DNA of 61,056 bases from a virus, in IMG/VR virus record IMGVR_UViG_3300012080_000001, positions 1-61,056 of that record. One strand, given 5' to 3'. A model generated the notes under the pieces. That model was not told the origin of the DNA. It saw only the letters and a list, made by a program, of their open reading frames with translations, and did not search any database. Made by a program: the position numbers and the translations under genes. Of the stretch, positions 37,424-46,561 are shown piece after piece. The number at the start of each line of letters is the position of its first letter. Positions within the stretch are counted from its first letter, which is position 1.

Positions 37424-39136
37424 TTATAACCACACTGGTTTTTCTTGTATTTGTATTTTCTTCGTACCTTGCGCCAACTGAAACGCCATTGCAAGTGCAT
37501 CCGGACCATCGTCCCATCGAGCGTTAGGGTACAACTCTAATTGTTCGATTAATAAACGATGCTTCTTGCTGAATCGTATCTTACTGTTCTGTATATCAGG
37601 TAATAACGCCTCAATACGTAATGACTTTCGCATACGTTGTTTAACCTCTTTGACGCGTGTAATTCCTGGATAGCCATATCGTTGCAGTTCTTCCTTTACT
37701 TTATGGGCGAACCACTCTTGCGCCATCTGTGCCTCTACTGCGATTCCTGCGTATTGGTAATATAGTGCCTTTTGTACGACTGTATTCAGTAGTATATCGG
37801 GATGTACGCGTTCTATAAACGTATCAACAACGTAACAAGTACCTGTATCTTGATTCCTAGCAAGTGTTACAATTGCAGAGTAATCACCTTTTTCCTTCCC
37901 CATTGCAAAATCCACGGCTGCATAATAGTCCACTTGCATACTTTCTAACTCTGACTCGTAATAGTACGTAAATTCCTCTGGTTTGAAAATCTGCGAATCA
38001 GGGTCTGTAGGATTACCTAAATACTCCTGGTTAAATGCTCTGCCGCCCATCGACTCTCGTTTTTCCATAAAGTATTTATATGAATACATTTGTGGCCATA
38101 ACGTTTTAGTTCCTCGTAGCATCTCTTTTTCATTTTCTTCGTAAAAAGCGTTTGCTTTTTCGTTGGAGTCTACGTCGTCGCTATTGTAAATCTCACGCCA
38201 ATGATCCCATAAATCCTCGCGCTCTGTCCAAGATAAAATCGCAGGAAACTTACGGCTAATGAAGTCTTTTCGTTGTGTGATTACGTGATTAAGTAAAGAG
38301 TCTGGACCTAAAATCGTCCCCATGTAAATACAGATACCACCGAACCCTAACGCCTCCATCATTTCTGACCGGAACCAGTGTAAGTTTTTCATACGAAGTT
38401 CAGGCGTATTTGTATTTGCGTTACTTTCAAGGTCATCTAGCAAGAAAAGTCCTGGACGATTACTAAGGTGCCGGAGTCCCCTCATTTGCGTACCCATCCC
38501 CTTCGCCTCTACCTTTGTACCGCTAGTAGTAATGAACTCTAACTTATTATCTACTTCGTTCGCTTGCGATTTTGGATATAATAGTTCGCCGAAATCAGCA
38601 CGTAGACGCTCGTTAAATTTTAGATTCTGCGCAGTAAACTTTATGAAATCTGCTGCTACATCTGTAGTGTCAGAAACTTCGATTATATATTTCTGTTTAC
38701 GATACGTAACTTGGTGGCATAGATACGCATTAGATAGGTACCCAGTTTTCGCATGTCGGCGTCCTACAGACCATGCAACGTTTGATGACGACTTCCCTTT
38801 TGTGATGTCGTCCAACAATTTGCAAAGTTCTCGGTGAAAGTCTGCCGCATCTTCATATCGCTGCCCTTTCGGAATTAAATTGACTTCATTTTCTGGATTC
38901 GATTCGTCGGAGAAATATTGATATACGAAATATAATAAATCATCCTCACAACGATGAATACGTTCCAATCGCTTTAACTCCGTCAACCTAGCGTAATAAT
39001 CCTCGATAAGTCCAGCACTAATAATGCCGTCAATATTAGAATACTTACTGTCTATAGTATCTACATACTCCCGATACACTGTGATCAATGCTTCGCGTTT
39101 ATCTCGTTCAAGCCATTCTCCGTTTACCCATGCCAT
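37424..39136 (-). CDS. terL: Terminase large subunit
   Basis: 570 aa; Walker A-like VGRRHAKTGY; C-terminal nuclease region; upstream of portal. Confidence 0.85.
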   Translation of the reverse strand: MAWVNGEWLERDKREALITVYREYVDTIDSKYSNIDGIISAGLIEDYYARLTELKRLERIHRCEDDLLYFVYQYFSDESNPENEVNLIPKGQRYEDAADFHRELCKLLDDITKGKSSSNVAWSVGRRHAKTGYLSNAYLCHQVTYRKQKYIIEVSDTTDVAADFIKFTAQNLKFNERLRADFGELLYPKSQANEVDNKLEFITTSGTKVEAKGMGTQMRGLRHLSNRPGLFLLDDLESNANTNTPELRMKNLHWFRSEMMEALGFGGICIYMGTILGPDSLLNHVITQRKDFISRKFPAILSWTEREDLWDHWREIYNSDDVDSNEKANAFYEENEKEMLRGTKTLWPQMYSYKYFMEKRESMGGRAFNQEYLGNPTDPDSQIFKPEEFTYYYESELESMQVDYYAAVDFAMGKEKGDYSAIVTLARNQDTGTCYVVDTFIERVHPDILLNTVVQKALYYQYAGIAVEAQMAQEWFAHKVKEELQRYGYPGITRVKEVKQRMRKSLRIEALLPDIQNSKIRFSKKHRLLIEQLELYPNARWDDGPDALAMAFQLAQGTKKIQIQEKPVWL

Positions 39137-39391
39137 ATTAGCATCTCCTTTCGTAATTGCTTATGTATTCCCTCTGTAATGCGTTGATTTAGCGTTTGTT
39201 TGTGTTCACCTTGCAATCTATCGGCTTTAATCGTTAAACGGCTTACAGGCTACGTAGGGACGCGATTGAAAGGCGTTAGGTGTTGCGTTGCTGTTCCGCA
39301 AAGTCAAAGTGAATTTTTAGGACGGCGATTTATTCAGTGTCAGAAAGGCAGTTTCACAGACATGGGCTTGGGGGATTACGAAAATTACACA

Positions 39392-39425
39392 ATAAAAAAC
39401 GATCAAGCTTTCGGTAGCTCAATCG
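39392..39425 (-). terminator. Rho-independent terminator after the resolvase gene
   Basis: 10-bp stem cgauugagcu/agcuugaucg (two G-U pairs) followed by U6; overlaps the stop codon. Confidence 0.65.
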
Positions 39426-39994
39426 TTAACTATTTCGTTTTCTTTTCGCTTTCTTCGTTCACGCGCTAAAGTCGCAACTGAAATCATTGTAATTGCTTCA
39501 ACTTCTTTGTAGCTGTGCGTTTTTAACATTTCCATGGCGTTGTCTAATTGTTTCTTAGTATACTTCTTCGGTCTACCTTCCGTAAAACCCTCTCGTTGCT
39601 TAGCTATTGCTTTGCCTTCTTGCGTACGTTCTATAATTAGATTGCGCTCCATCTCTGCCACCGCCAGTAGTGTAGTGAGGAAGAAGCGTCCCATAGTCGT
39701 ATTCTCCAGTAACCCGACGTTGAGCACATGCACTCTAACACCCTTAGCGAATAGCCCTTCTATGACATCTATTCCCTCGCGAGTATTGCGTGCTAGTCGG
39801 TCTAGCTTAGTCACCACTAACGTATCCCCTGCGGTTAACTGCGTTACTAGCGCGTCAAATACCGGACGTTGCGTTGTAGTACCCGTAAACTTCTCCGTTA
39901 GTATTTCGTCGCAATTCTCAGCCTCTAACGCTTGTATTTGCGATTCTAAATCTTGAGCCATAGTTGATACTCGCCCGTAGCCGTATTTCGTCAC
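39419..39994 (-). CDS. Small serine recombinase (resolvase/invertase family)
   Basis: 191 aa; YGRVSTMAQDLESQ catalytic-serine motif; C-terminal HTH; GTG start with GGAGG SD. Confidence 0.85.
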   Translation of the reverse strand: MTKYGYGRVSTMAQDLESQIQALEAENCDEILTEKFTGTTTQRPVFDALVTQLTAGDTLVVTKLDRLARNTREGIDVIEGLFAKGVRVHVLNVGLLENTTMGRFFLTTLLAVAEMERNLIIERTQEGKAIAKQREGFTEGRPKKYTKKQLDNAMEMLKTHSYKEVEAITMISVATLARERRKRKENEIVND

Positions 39995-40004
39995 ATTTTA
40001 ACCT

Positions 40005-40125
40005 CCAATTATGACAATGAGTTATGATAACGTTTATAGCGCTATCTTATCATGTCGGAGGTTCGTTGTCAAAACTGTTAAGTTTTGATAACGAGTCATC
40101 TCTTGGTACGGTTCAAAGCGTTTGA
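40005..40125. promoter_or_regulatory. Candidate res site
   Basis: Immediately upstream of the resolvase gene: TGTCA-containing half sites (TGTCATAAT, TGTCAAAAC), ATGATAA-N16-TTATCAT, and TCAAAAC-N6-GTTTTGA. Confidence 0.4.
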
Positions 40126-40182
40126 TTGTAATATAGGAAAAAGCCCTATTCAAATATAAGTAGGGCTAAATTTCCACTATTC

Positions 40183-40329
40183 TTATTTGTTATTAATTTC
40201 ATTCTTTATTTCTTTTAATAATTCAATTATCTCTTCATTTTTATTGTTCATCTTTTCTATCTTTTTTTCTATTGTACTACTACTAAAAAATATCATTAAT
40301 AAAATCGCTATTAAAACTATTATCTCCAT
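40183..40329 (-). CDS. Small single-TM protein (48 aa)
   Basis: Hand-translated MEIIVLIAILLMIFFSSSTIEKKIEKMNNK...; followed by a terminator hairpin at 40140..40168. Confidence 0.35.
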   Translation of the reverse strand: MEIIVLIAILLMIFFSSSTIEKKIEKMNNKNEEIIELLKEIKNEINNK

Positions 40330-40409
40330 ATTTTATCTCCCTTAAAGTTAATTAAATATAAAAAGACAAAACCTAAATTAATTGATTTTGTCTTTTATAT
40401 TTAACTATA

Positions 40410-41099
40410 TTATTGCCATTCAAGTCTAGCATAAATGCTAGAGTTACTTCCATAGACAGCAAGGTCTCTTGTCATTGTGTATAATCCAGTTTTATGAGAA
40501 GCCTTGAATTTCCATGCTGTTCTTGCTGGTGTAGAACCTGATGACGTTGGATTAGTAGCTTTTGAATCTAAAGTTACATAGTCGTATAGAACCATATCAA
40601 CATATAAGTCTCTAGGAGCTGTGATTGTTGTGTTTCCACCACTTACACGAGTTACTGTTGTTTTATAAGAAATTGTCCAGATTAAATCATTGTATTTTAC
40701 TGTAACTGTACATGTACTGTATCCAGAACCATTACTACAATCACTACTTACAGGTACTTCTGAATAACCAAAAGTTGTAATTGCTTCATCTTCCATTTCT
40801 AAAGAAATTCTAGAACCATCTTCAAATTCTATGATATTTTTCTCACCGTCCGGAAGAATAACAAGGTCTTTCCCTTTAAGTTTTTCAGGATTTTGTGAAT
40901 CTAATAATTCCCCATTTAATACTTTTTGAATTAATTTTTCTCCTGTTACTTCATCAATACCTAATGATATGTAGTTTTCTCTTAATTTTTCTATCTCCGC
41001 GTCGTTTAAAACTACCTCACTTGCACTTGAAGTACCAACGTTCAATAAGAAGAACATTGTTAAAGTAAAGATTACAGCAAATAATTTCTTTTTCATCAT
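40410..41099 (-). CDS. Secreted hypothetical protein (signal peptide)
   Basis: 229 aa; N-terminus MMKKKLFAVIFTLTMFFLLNVGTSSASE; very AT-rich locus. Confidence 0.55.
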   Translation of the reverse strand: MMKKKLFAVIFTLTMFFLLNVGTSSASEVVLNDAEIEKLRENYISLGIDEVTGEKLIQKVLNGELLDSQNPEKLKGKDLVILPDGEKNIIEFEDGSRISLEMEDEAITTFGYSEVPVSSDCSNGSGYSTCTVTVKYNDLIWTISYKTTVTRVSGGNTTITAPRDLYVDMVLYDYVTLDSKATNPTSSGSTPARTAWKFKASHKTGLYTMTRDLAVYGSNSSIYARLEWQ

Positions 41100-41479
41100 T
41101 TTCCATTTCCTCCCTTTTATGTTTGTCCATAACTATAATAACATAATAAGTGGAAGAAATATGTTTAATTCAGGAAAATAGTTAATAAACTATACAATTA
41201 TTACTTATATTACCATATTATTTTTCTATTATTAGTTCTTTCTTACTTAATTAAATAAGCCTTACAAACCTATTTCTACAGCCTAATCTTATTAGTCAAA
41301 GCTTTCAAGTTGCGATAATAAAAAATATTTCCATATTGTTCAAAGCATTTAGGTGGACGTCCATTTTGAACGTCTGCCTGATAATTTAAGCCTTCATACA
41401 GACATCTGCGGATATACAAAAAGTACAACAATCGCACCCTCTACTTATATAGTAGCAATACTCACCATTTAATTCGGCA

Positions 41480-41851
41480 TCACTGACTGCCTTTAATTCG
41501 CTCAATCTCCGCCTTCATGCTATCTACGTCATTTGCGCCAACAGTCGTTGTTACTTCGACTTTATCCGTTAATAAACCTTGCGCTTGCATTAACGTCCTA
41601 AATAGCGCAGCATTACCGTCCTCAATAATATGACGTGGTATTGACGCCATAATCTCTGGTAAATCATCAATAGTAGCACGCATAATAGTACGCTTTAATT
41701 CATCGTTAAACTTGTCGTTCTTACGCCATGCTAACAACGTATCACGATGTACTCCGACACGTTCAGCGACTTGTTCATAAGTAAGTCCACCACGTTTCGG
41801 CTGTGATAATATCGCAATAGCAGCGTATTGCATTTCATTTAACTTTGTCAT
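41480..41851 (-). CDS. terS: Terminase small subunit-like HTH protein (phBC6A51-type)
   Basis: 123 aa; HTH LTYEQVAERVGVHRDTLLAWRKN; first gene of the minus-strand late block. Confidence 0.5.
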   Translation of the reverse strand: MTKLNEMQYAAIAILSQPKRGGLTYEQVAERVGVHRDTLLAWRKNDKFNDELKRTIMRATIDDLPEIMASIPRHIIEDGNAALFRTLMQAQGLLTDKVEVTTTVGANDVDSMKAEIERIKGSQ

Positions 41852-41933
41852 GTATTATTACATCCTTTCCTAATAATAAATTATAATTTTAAGTTTATGC
41901 GTCGAAAATACGTTGTAAATACGCAATTAATCG

Positions 41934-41962
41934 TTGACGAATTATTTTATTCATAGTATAAT
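41934..41962 (+). promoter_or_regulatory. Near-consensus sigma-A promoter
   Basis: TTGACG, 17-nt spacer, TATAAT. Confidence 0.65.
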
Positions 41963-41989
41963 AAGAGTATAAACAAGGAGGTGAACAAA

Positions 41990-42148
41990 GTGGATTACGA
42001 TAAAATACTTATGTACGTAAGTACAGTTGTTGGAATCTTGGGCGGTCTTTCCTCATTAGCTGTAAACCTACAGCAGTTGAAGAATAACAACCGTAAAAAC
42101 AACAACAAAAAGCGACGTCAGCCGACCAAGCCAAAACGTCGCAAATAA
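41990..42148 (+). CDS. Small membrane protein with a basic tail (52 aa)
   Basis: GTG start after AAGGAGGTGA; hand-translated VDYDKILMYVSTVVGILGGLSSLAVNLQQLKNNNRKNNNKKRRQPTKPKRRK. Confidence 0.4.
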   Translation: MDYDKILMYVSTVVGILGGLSSLAVNLQQLKNNNRKNNNKKRRQPTKPKRRK

Positions 42149-42205
42149 CGCTAAGGAGGTGAAAGCCTCCTTTGTATACAGTATTTTATCGCATCCACTA
42201 TCTAT

Positions 42206-42406
42206 ATGCAAATGACACTCAGACGGATATTTGACATTGTTATCATCGTAGCATTGGCATTTTTAATCCCACGAATAATGGACTTTAATAGTCTAACGAC
42301 GTCAGACTATGTTTTCTTAGTACTGTACGCCTTAATCGTAATTCTTTTCATTGTTAACATCATACTAGAAATAATCAATAAACGAGGTGATAACAATGAG
42401 CAATAA
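42206..42406 (+). CDS. Small two-TM membrane protein
   Basis: 66-aa hydrophobic ORF. Confidence 0.4.
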   Translation: MQMTLRRIFDIVIIVALAFLIPRIMDFNSLTTSDYVFLVLYALIVILFIVNIILEIINKRGDNNEQ

Positions 42407-42596
42407 AATACCTGACGCAGATAGTCCGTTATTTAAAGTAATGGATATAGCCGAAGCATCCGAATTATGGGGACTTTCTCAACCACACATCAAATTGTTA
42501 TGCAGCAAAGGAGAAGTCGTTTGTCGTAAGGTTGGTCGTATTTGGCTTCTTGAAAAAGAACAACCTAATCCGCGGAAGTACGAATCGCATATATAA
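42396..42596 (+). CDS. Excisionase/MerR-like HTH DNA-binding protein
   Basis: Start at ATG 42396 (GAGGTGA SD); FKVMDIAEASELWGLSQPHIKLLCSKGEV. Confidence 0.5.
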   Translation: MSNKIPDADSPLFKVMDIAEASELWGLSQPHIKLLCSKGEVVCRKVGRIWLLEKEQPNPRKYESHI

Positions 42597-42675
42597 AAAG
42601 AATTGCGATATATTCTGCGTACCAAAATTTAAAGAATTAAAAAAGGAGGCCGATTTTAGGCTTCTTTTTTTTCTA

Positions 42676-42843
42676 TTATAAACATGGCTCTAATTCTTTT
42701 TCAGAATGAGTAGGATCTTCTAGGAAACGTTTGTCGTTTACACTACTATCTAAATTTTTCATTAGTCCCTGCGCATTTAAATGCGTCATCTCTAGGTATT
42801 CAAGTTGCAAATCAATTAATTTAACTTTTTCTTCTTTTGTCAT
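42676..42843 (-). CDS. Small hypothetical protein (55 aa)
   Basis: Hand-translated MTKEEKVKLIDLQLEYLEMTHLNAQG...; GGTGGGTGG SD. Confidence 0.3.
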   Translation of the reverse strand: MTKEEKVKLIDLQLEYLEMTHLNAQGLMKNLDSSVNDKRFLEDPTHSEKELEPCL

Positions 42844-43109
42844 AATACCACCCACCTAATCTTTTAATTCATCGATATGTCTTAATCGTTTAGACTTATT
42901 TCATCAGTTTGATCTGTATAGCGATAATAATACTATACAAAAAAATCATTGGAATATTATTCAATATATAACCGAAATAAAATTAAATAATTTATCATTT
43001 TCACTAAAGATATAGACGCAAAATAATAACTTGTATAATAGCGGTTGTATCTCTTTATTGTATTCTTTAAAAGAATAACAATAAAATATATTATTATCGA
43101 TTGCTACGA

Positions 43110-43129
43110 TTATTTGCTTTAGCAAATAA
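43110..43129. repeat. Perfect 9-bp inverted repeat (ttatttgct tt agcaaataa)
   Basis: Read directly. Confidence 0.85.
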
Positions 43130-43180
43130 GCGTTAATAGTAATTATTTATAGTAAATATTTATAAGTAATTATTTATACG

Positions 43181-43246
43181 CAGTAAAAATTACTGTGTCG
43201 TACAGTAGAATTTACTGTGTCGTTCAGTAAAAATTACTGTGCGCTA
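43181..43246. repeat. Three tandem 22-bp iterons, each containing CAGTA-N5-TACTG
   Basis: cagtaaaaattactgtgtcgta / cagtagaatttactgtgtcgtt / cagtaaaaattactgtgcgc; the third overlaps the stop of the 43234..43674 gene. Confidence 0.85.
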
Positions 43247-43674
43247 TCATTTTCCGTACTTTTTTCATTAATAAATGCTTCTTTATCGGAGTCTTTTCGT
43301 CTAGCTACTTTATCCGCAGTTGTTTGTTTCGCAACCCACACTTCTCTAGCTTCTGGATACTTAATAAAAAACTCGACCATATCTTCGATTGGTTCGTGCA
43401 GTTGATATACATTGTTATTGAACGTTGCTCCTTTACGTTTGCTAACAGACACCAGCCCGCAAGCTATAAGCGTTTTTACCGCATTATTAAAGGTTTTATC
43501 GCTAATCCCCATGTCTCGCATAACTTGCATGTTAGTCGGAAATGCATATCCATAATCGGAGTTATTTAACTTCTTAAGATATCCGTAAACTTGAATTGCA
43601 GTACCGTTGTACTTTGGATAAAAGTTATAATGCGTAAATATTGCGTTTGAAACTTGTACAAATCCGTTCTTCAT
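43234..43674 (-). CDS. Winged-HTH replication-initiator-like protein
   Basis: 146 aa; FVQVSNAIF...AFPTNMQVMRDMGISDKTFNNAVKTLIACGLVSVSKRK. Confidence 0.5.
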   Translation of the reverse strand: MKNGFVQVSNAIFTHYNFYPKYNGTAIQVYGYLKKLNNSDYGYAFPTNMQVMRDMGISDKTFNNAVKTLIACGLVSVSKRKGATFNNNVYQLHEPIEDMVEFFIKYPEAREVWVAKQTTADKVARRKDSDKEAFINEKSTENDSAQ

Positions 43675-43707
43675 TGACTAATTCCCTCCGTTCACTAATT
43701 TAAACTG

Positions 43708-43902
43708 TTAACTAAGTGCCGCAGCTTTGCGAGCATCGTATTCATCTAGAAGCTTTGACAATCTTTCGTTCCTTTCAAAAACCCACATACGCTTCTGTGT
43801 ACGGTAATGAGTAGTGGTATACGTATACCGAACGCTATTTGCCTTTAAAAAATGCATTAACGTAGTTGAATAGCAGTAAAATTCGTTCTTTGTCGTTGAC
43901 AC
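43708..43902 (-). CDS. Hypothetical protein
   Basis: 64-aa ORF upstream of the initiator-like gene. Confidence 0.4.
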   Translation of the reverse strand: MSTTKNEFYCYSTTLMHFLKANSVRYTYTTTHYRTQKRMWVFERNERLSKLLDEYDARKAAALS

Positions 43903-44184
43903 AGTAAAACCTCCGTTTAATTATAATTCGTGCGAAACATATCCGTCACGTACATATGAAAAAGACACGCCTTTCACGTTGAAATACGTGAGTTTGCGTG
44001 CCTTTTACTTTCCTATAATGTATAGGTAACTAACGAGGTAAAATATCGGAATTAAGTTTATGAAAATGAATAAAAAATAGTTTCCTTAAATAGTAGTCTT
44101 GGTTCAAGAGAAAGATGCCTAAAGGCGATGGACTTTCCGATTCCAAAAGGCTTTAAATTTATTATCATCACATATGGATAACAT

Positions 44185-44210
44185 AAAAAAAGACACACCT
44201 ATTAGATGTG
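44185..44210 (-). terminator. Minus-strand terminator, family copy 1
   Basis: CACAUCU AAU AGGUGUG followed by U-run. Confidence 0.6.
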
Positions 44211-44228
44211 ACTTATTAAAACATACTT

Positions 44229-44507
44229 TTAAATTATACTTTCAGTTCGTTGCACATCTTTAACCCATTCGACATCTTTAATTTCTTCTTCAATGAGAGG
44301 GTAAATAGCACGTAATGCCTCTAAATAACTTTCTTTCACGCTAGAAATCGCAACTTTTTTCCCGGTAGCTAATATTTCTGCTTGAGAAGCAAATGTTCCA
44401 TCTAAAAAGTCTAACACTTCTATTTTAGCGAAAGGTCTGTTACCTACATCATAACTTACAGTCTTTTTTTCGTATACTAATGTTCCTAATAGATTTCCAT
44501 GTTCCAT
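44229..44507 (-). CDS. Hypothetical protein (92 aa)
   Basis: Start at ATG 44507 after GGAG. Confidence 0.4.
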   Translation of the reverse strand: MEHGNLLGTLVYEKKTVSYDVGNRPFAKIEVLDFLDGTFASQAEILATGKKVAISSVKESYLEALRAIYPLIEEEIKDVEWVKDVQRTESII

Positions 44508-44690
44508 TTTATCCAACTCCTTTATATTTCCATTATATGAAAACACGAACATGCGTGTCTAATAATTACTCTACCAAAAGGATTAGAAAATTATTGATAG
44601 TTGGATACTTACTTGTCTATCTTCTTAAATGTCATTTTCACTACGTGATTAAGAGATATAAGATGATATTGGATATACAAATACTTATCT

Positions 44691-44858
44691 CTATTTTTTG
44701 TAGCAGCTAACATGCTGGTACGAAAAGCTTGTGACCTTTAATACATCCTTTTCTCCTGTTGAGTAACTGATAGTCACTTCAATGTCTTTGGGCAATTTCT
44801 TATTACCAATATCTTTAAGCCATTCTTCAACATCATTAAAGAATTTTTCCTTATTCAT
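44691..44858 (-). CDS. Small hypothetical protein (55 aa)
   Basis: Hand-translated MNKEKFFNDVEEWLKDIGNKKLPKDIEV... Confidence 0.3.
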   Translation of the reverse strand: MNKEKFFNDVEEWLKDIGNKKLPKDIEVTISYSTGEKDVLKVTSFSYQHVSCYKK

Positions 44859-44890
44859 TATGTTCACTCAATCATATATGTTTGAAAATA

Positions 44891-44910
44891 CAATACAATA
44901 CAATACAATA
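44891..44910. repeat. Pentanucleotide tandem repeat (CAATA)x4
   Basis: Read directly; 33-52 nt upstream of the 44858 start on the minus strand. Confidence 0.9.
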
Positions 44911-44935
44911 CGAACATACATTTGTGTTATTAGTG

Positions 44936-44961
44936 AAAAAAGCCACACCCTGTTAGATGTG
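44936..44961 (-). terminator. Minus-strand terminator, family copy 2
   Basis: Near-identical to 44185..44210 (ccacaccctgttagatgtgactt vs acacacctattagatgtgactt). Confidence 0.6.
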
Positions 44962-44972
44962 ACTTTAAGTTA

Positions 44973-45611
44973 TTACTTCAAAATCAATAAATGTTCGTCT
45001 TCATTACCCTTACGTCCATAATTTTTAAATCCGTAATTTTCAAAATAATGAGCGTTATCATCAGTTTCAGCCCACAACATAATTGGTATTTCCAAGTCCT
45101 TTTTAAATTTCAATATAGTCTTCATCATTTTGCGTCCTTCGCCTTTTTTTGCGGAATGAATATGAACTAATTCAATAACCTTTTCATATCCCTTAAAGTA
45201 ATCTTTAAGTATTTCAACAGGTGTATAATGACCTATGATCATAACACCTTTGAAATTTCTTTTAGTTAGTATAAATGCTTTTGAATCTGAATTATAAATC
45301 ATATAATAATTACTTCTCGCCTCTATCAAAATTGCTTTTACAAATGCTATATCTTTCTTAACGTTCAAACCATTATTATTTTCTATAATCTTTTCAAACT
45401 TTTTCACAAATTTCGGAGTTAGATTTACTATATTTTTTCTATATACCTCGTCATTAATCGTTTCATGAAATTGTCTGTGTGACTTTTCTGAAATGTTCAA
45501 AATCACATCCTCCCATCTACCTATATCATAGTATAAATGGAGTGTATTTTCATTATAAAAAGAGACTACCAATTTAGTAGCCTCTAAAAGTAATGGGTTT
45601 ACTACGAACAC
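44973..45611 (-). CDS. GNAT-family N-acetyltransferase with an unknown N-terminal domain
   Basis: C-terminus HIHSAKKGEGRKMMKTI...WAETDDNAHYFENYGFK resembles the GNAT acetyl-CoA-binding core; GTG start is uncertain. Confidence 0.6.
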   Translation of the reverse strand: MFVVNPLLLEATKLVVSFYNENTLHLYYDIGRWEDVILNISEKSHRQFHETINDEVYRKNIVNLTPKFVKKFEKIIENNNGLNVKKDIAFVKAILIEARSNYYMIYNSDSKAFILTKRNFKGVMIIGHYTPVEILKDYFKGYEKVIELVHIHSAKKGEGRKMMKTILKFKKDLEIPIMLWAETDDNAHYFENYGFKNYGRKGNEDEHLLILK

Positions 45612-45688
45612 ATTTTATATTGGAAGTTAAAGTAAAACGAACATAGTATGTTATAATAGCGATAGAGAATAAGGGAGAAATAGTGTAG

Positions 45689-46216
45689 ATGATACTAAAT
45701 GTTTCAACAAACATACTTGAGGAATGTTACTTTCGAAAAGTAGAAAGAGCTGAAATTCTTAAAAATAATTATACACCAACAGGAGGGTGGGACTTTGATT
45801 GGGCAAAACCTATTAGTCTATCATTTGAAGTATATGCTCTCATTACTAAATCATCTCCAGAAATAGTACAAGGGCTAATAGCTGTAAGACCTAACTATGA
45901 TGAAATATATAAATGCGTAGATATTGATATTTTAGAATCTGCACCACAAAACAAAAAATATAACAAAAAGAAACTTAATATGAACAGAAGCTATGTAAAT
46001 ATCGGCAAATGTTTAGTTGCTTTTTCTTGTGCTTATAGTGTAGAAGTAAGTTTAGAAGGTTATGTTCAATTAACGTCTAAAACATCTAAAATAACGTTTT
46101 ATGAAGAATTAGGTGCAAAAAATACATATGGTCAAAACATGGTGCTATATGATTCTGATGCTAAAATATTAATAGAAGAACACTTACAAGGAGGTATAAA
46201 ATGGCTGGACGTGTAA
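45689..46216 (+). CDS. GNAT-like hypothetical protein
   Basis: 175 aa; VQGLIAVRP...IDILESAP...IGKCLVAFSCAYS...FYEELGA pattern; weak call. Confidence 0.4.
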   Translation: MILNVSTNILEECYFRKVERAEILKNNYTPTGGWDFDWAKPISLSFEVYALITKSSPEIVQGLIAVRPNYDEIYKCVDIDILESAPQNKKYNKKKLNMNRSYVNIGKCLVAFSCAYSVEVSLEGYVQLTSKTSKITFYEELGAKNTYGQNMVLYDSDAKILIEEHLQGGIKWLDV

Positions 46217-46272
46217 TAGATATTATTAAAACTCCCGAAAAAGGGTATAATTCTTTAAAGGAGAGTGGTAAT

Positions 46273-46458
46273 ATGTCGAGAAAAGAAATGCAGCGTTTTG
46301 ATGACGCATTCGATGGTGTATTCGTTATTCCACGTCCTAAAGACCATCCTAAAGTAAAAGTTCGTCCTTTAGCTGAATATTGTAAGGCAAAGGGTGTATT
46401 ACCTTCAGATTTAACGCCAGAAGAAATGGAAAAATTTCTTGTTCGAGAAGCAGAATAA
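46273..46458 (+). CDS. Small hypothetical protein (61 aa)
   Basis: ATG 46273 after AAGGAGAG; the track ORF begins earlier, at 46201. Confidence 0.4.
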   Translation: MSRKEMQRFDDAFDGVFVIPRPKDHPKVKVRPLAEYCKAKGVLPSDLTPEEMEKFLVREAE

Positions 46459-46561
46459 AATGTTTAAAGATTGTTAAAATGTCTCCAATATGGGGACTTT
46501 TTCTTTTTTTACAAACAATTTCCAAAAGCAAGAAATTACTATTTAATAGATGGAGGTTGCT

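Noticed and set aside
39419-39994. Serine recombinase considered as the phage integrase or as a tail-fibre invertase
   Set aside because: At 191 aa it is a small resolvase/invertase-type enzyme lacking the large C-terminal domain of serine integrases. It is far from the fibre genes, and I found no flanking inverted crossover sites. The upstream res-like cluster favours a resolvase role.
43181-43246. Tandem 22-bp repeats considered as a mini CRISPR array
   Set aside because: The repeats are contiguous with no spacers and there are only three copies. Their position next to an initiator-like gene fits iterons.
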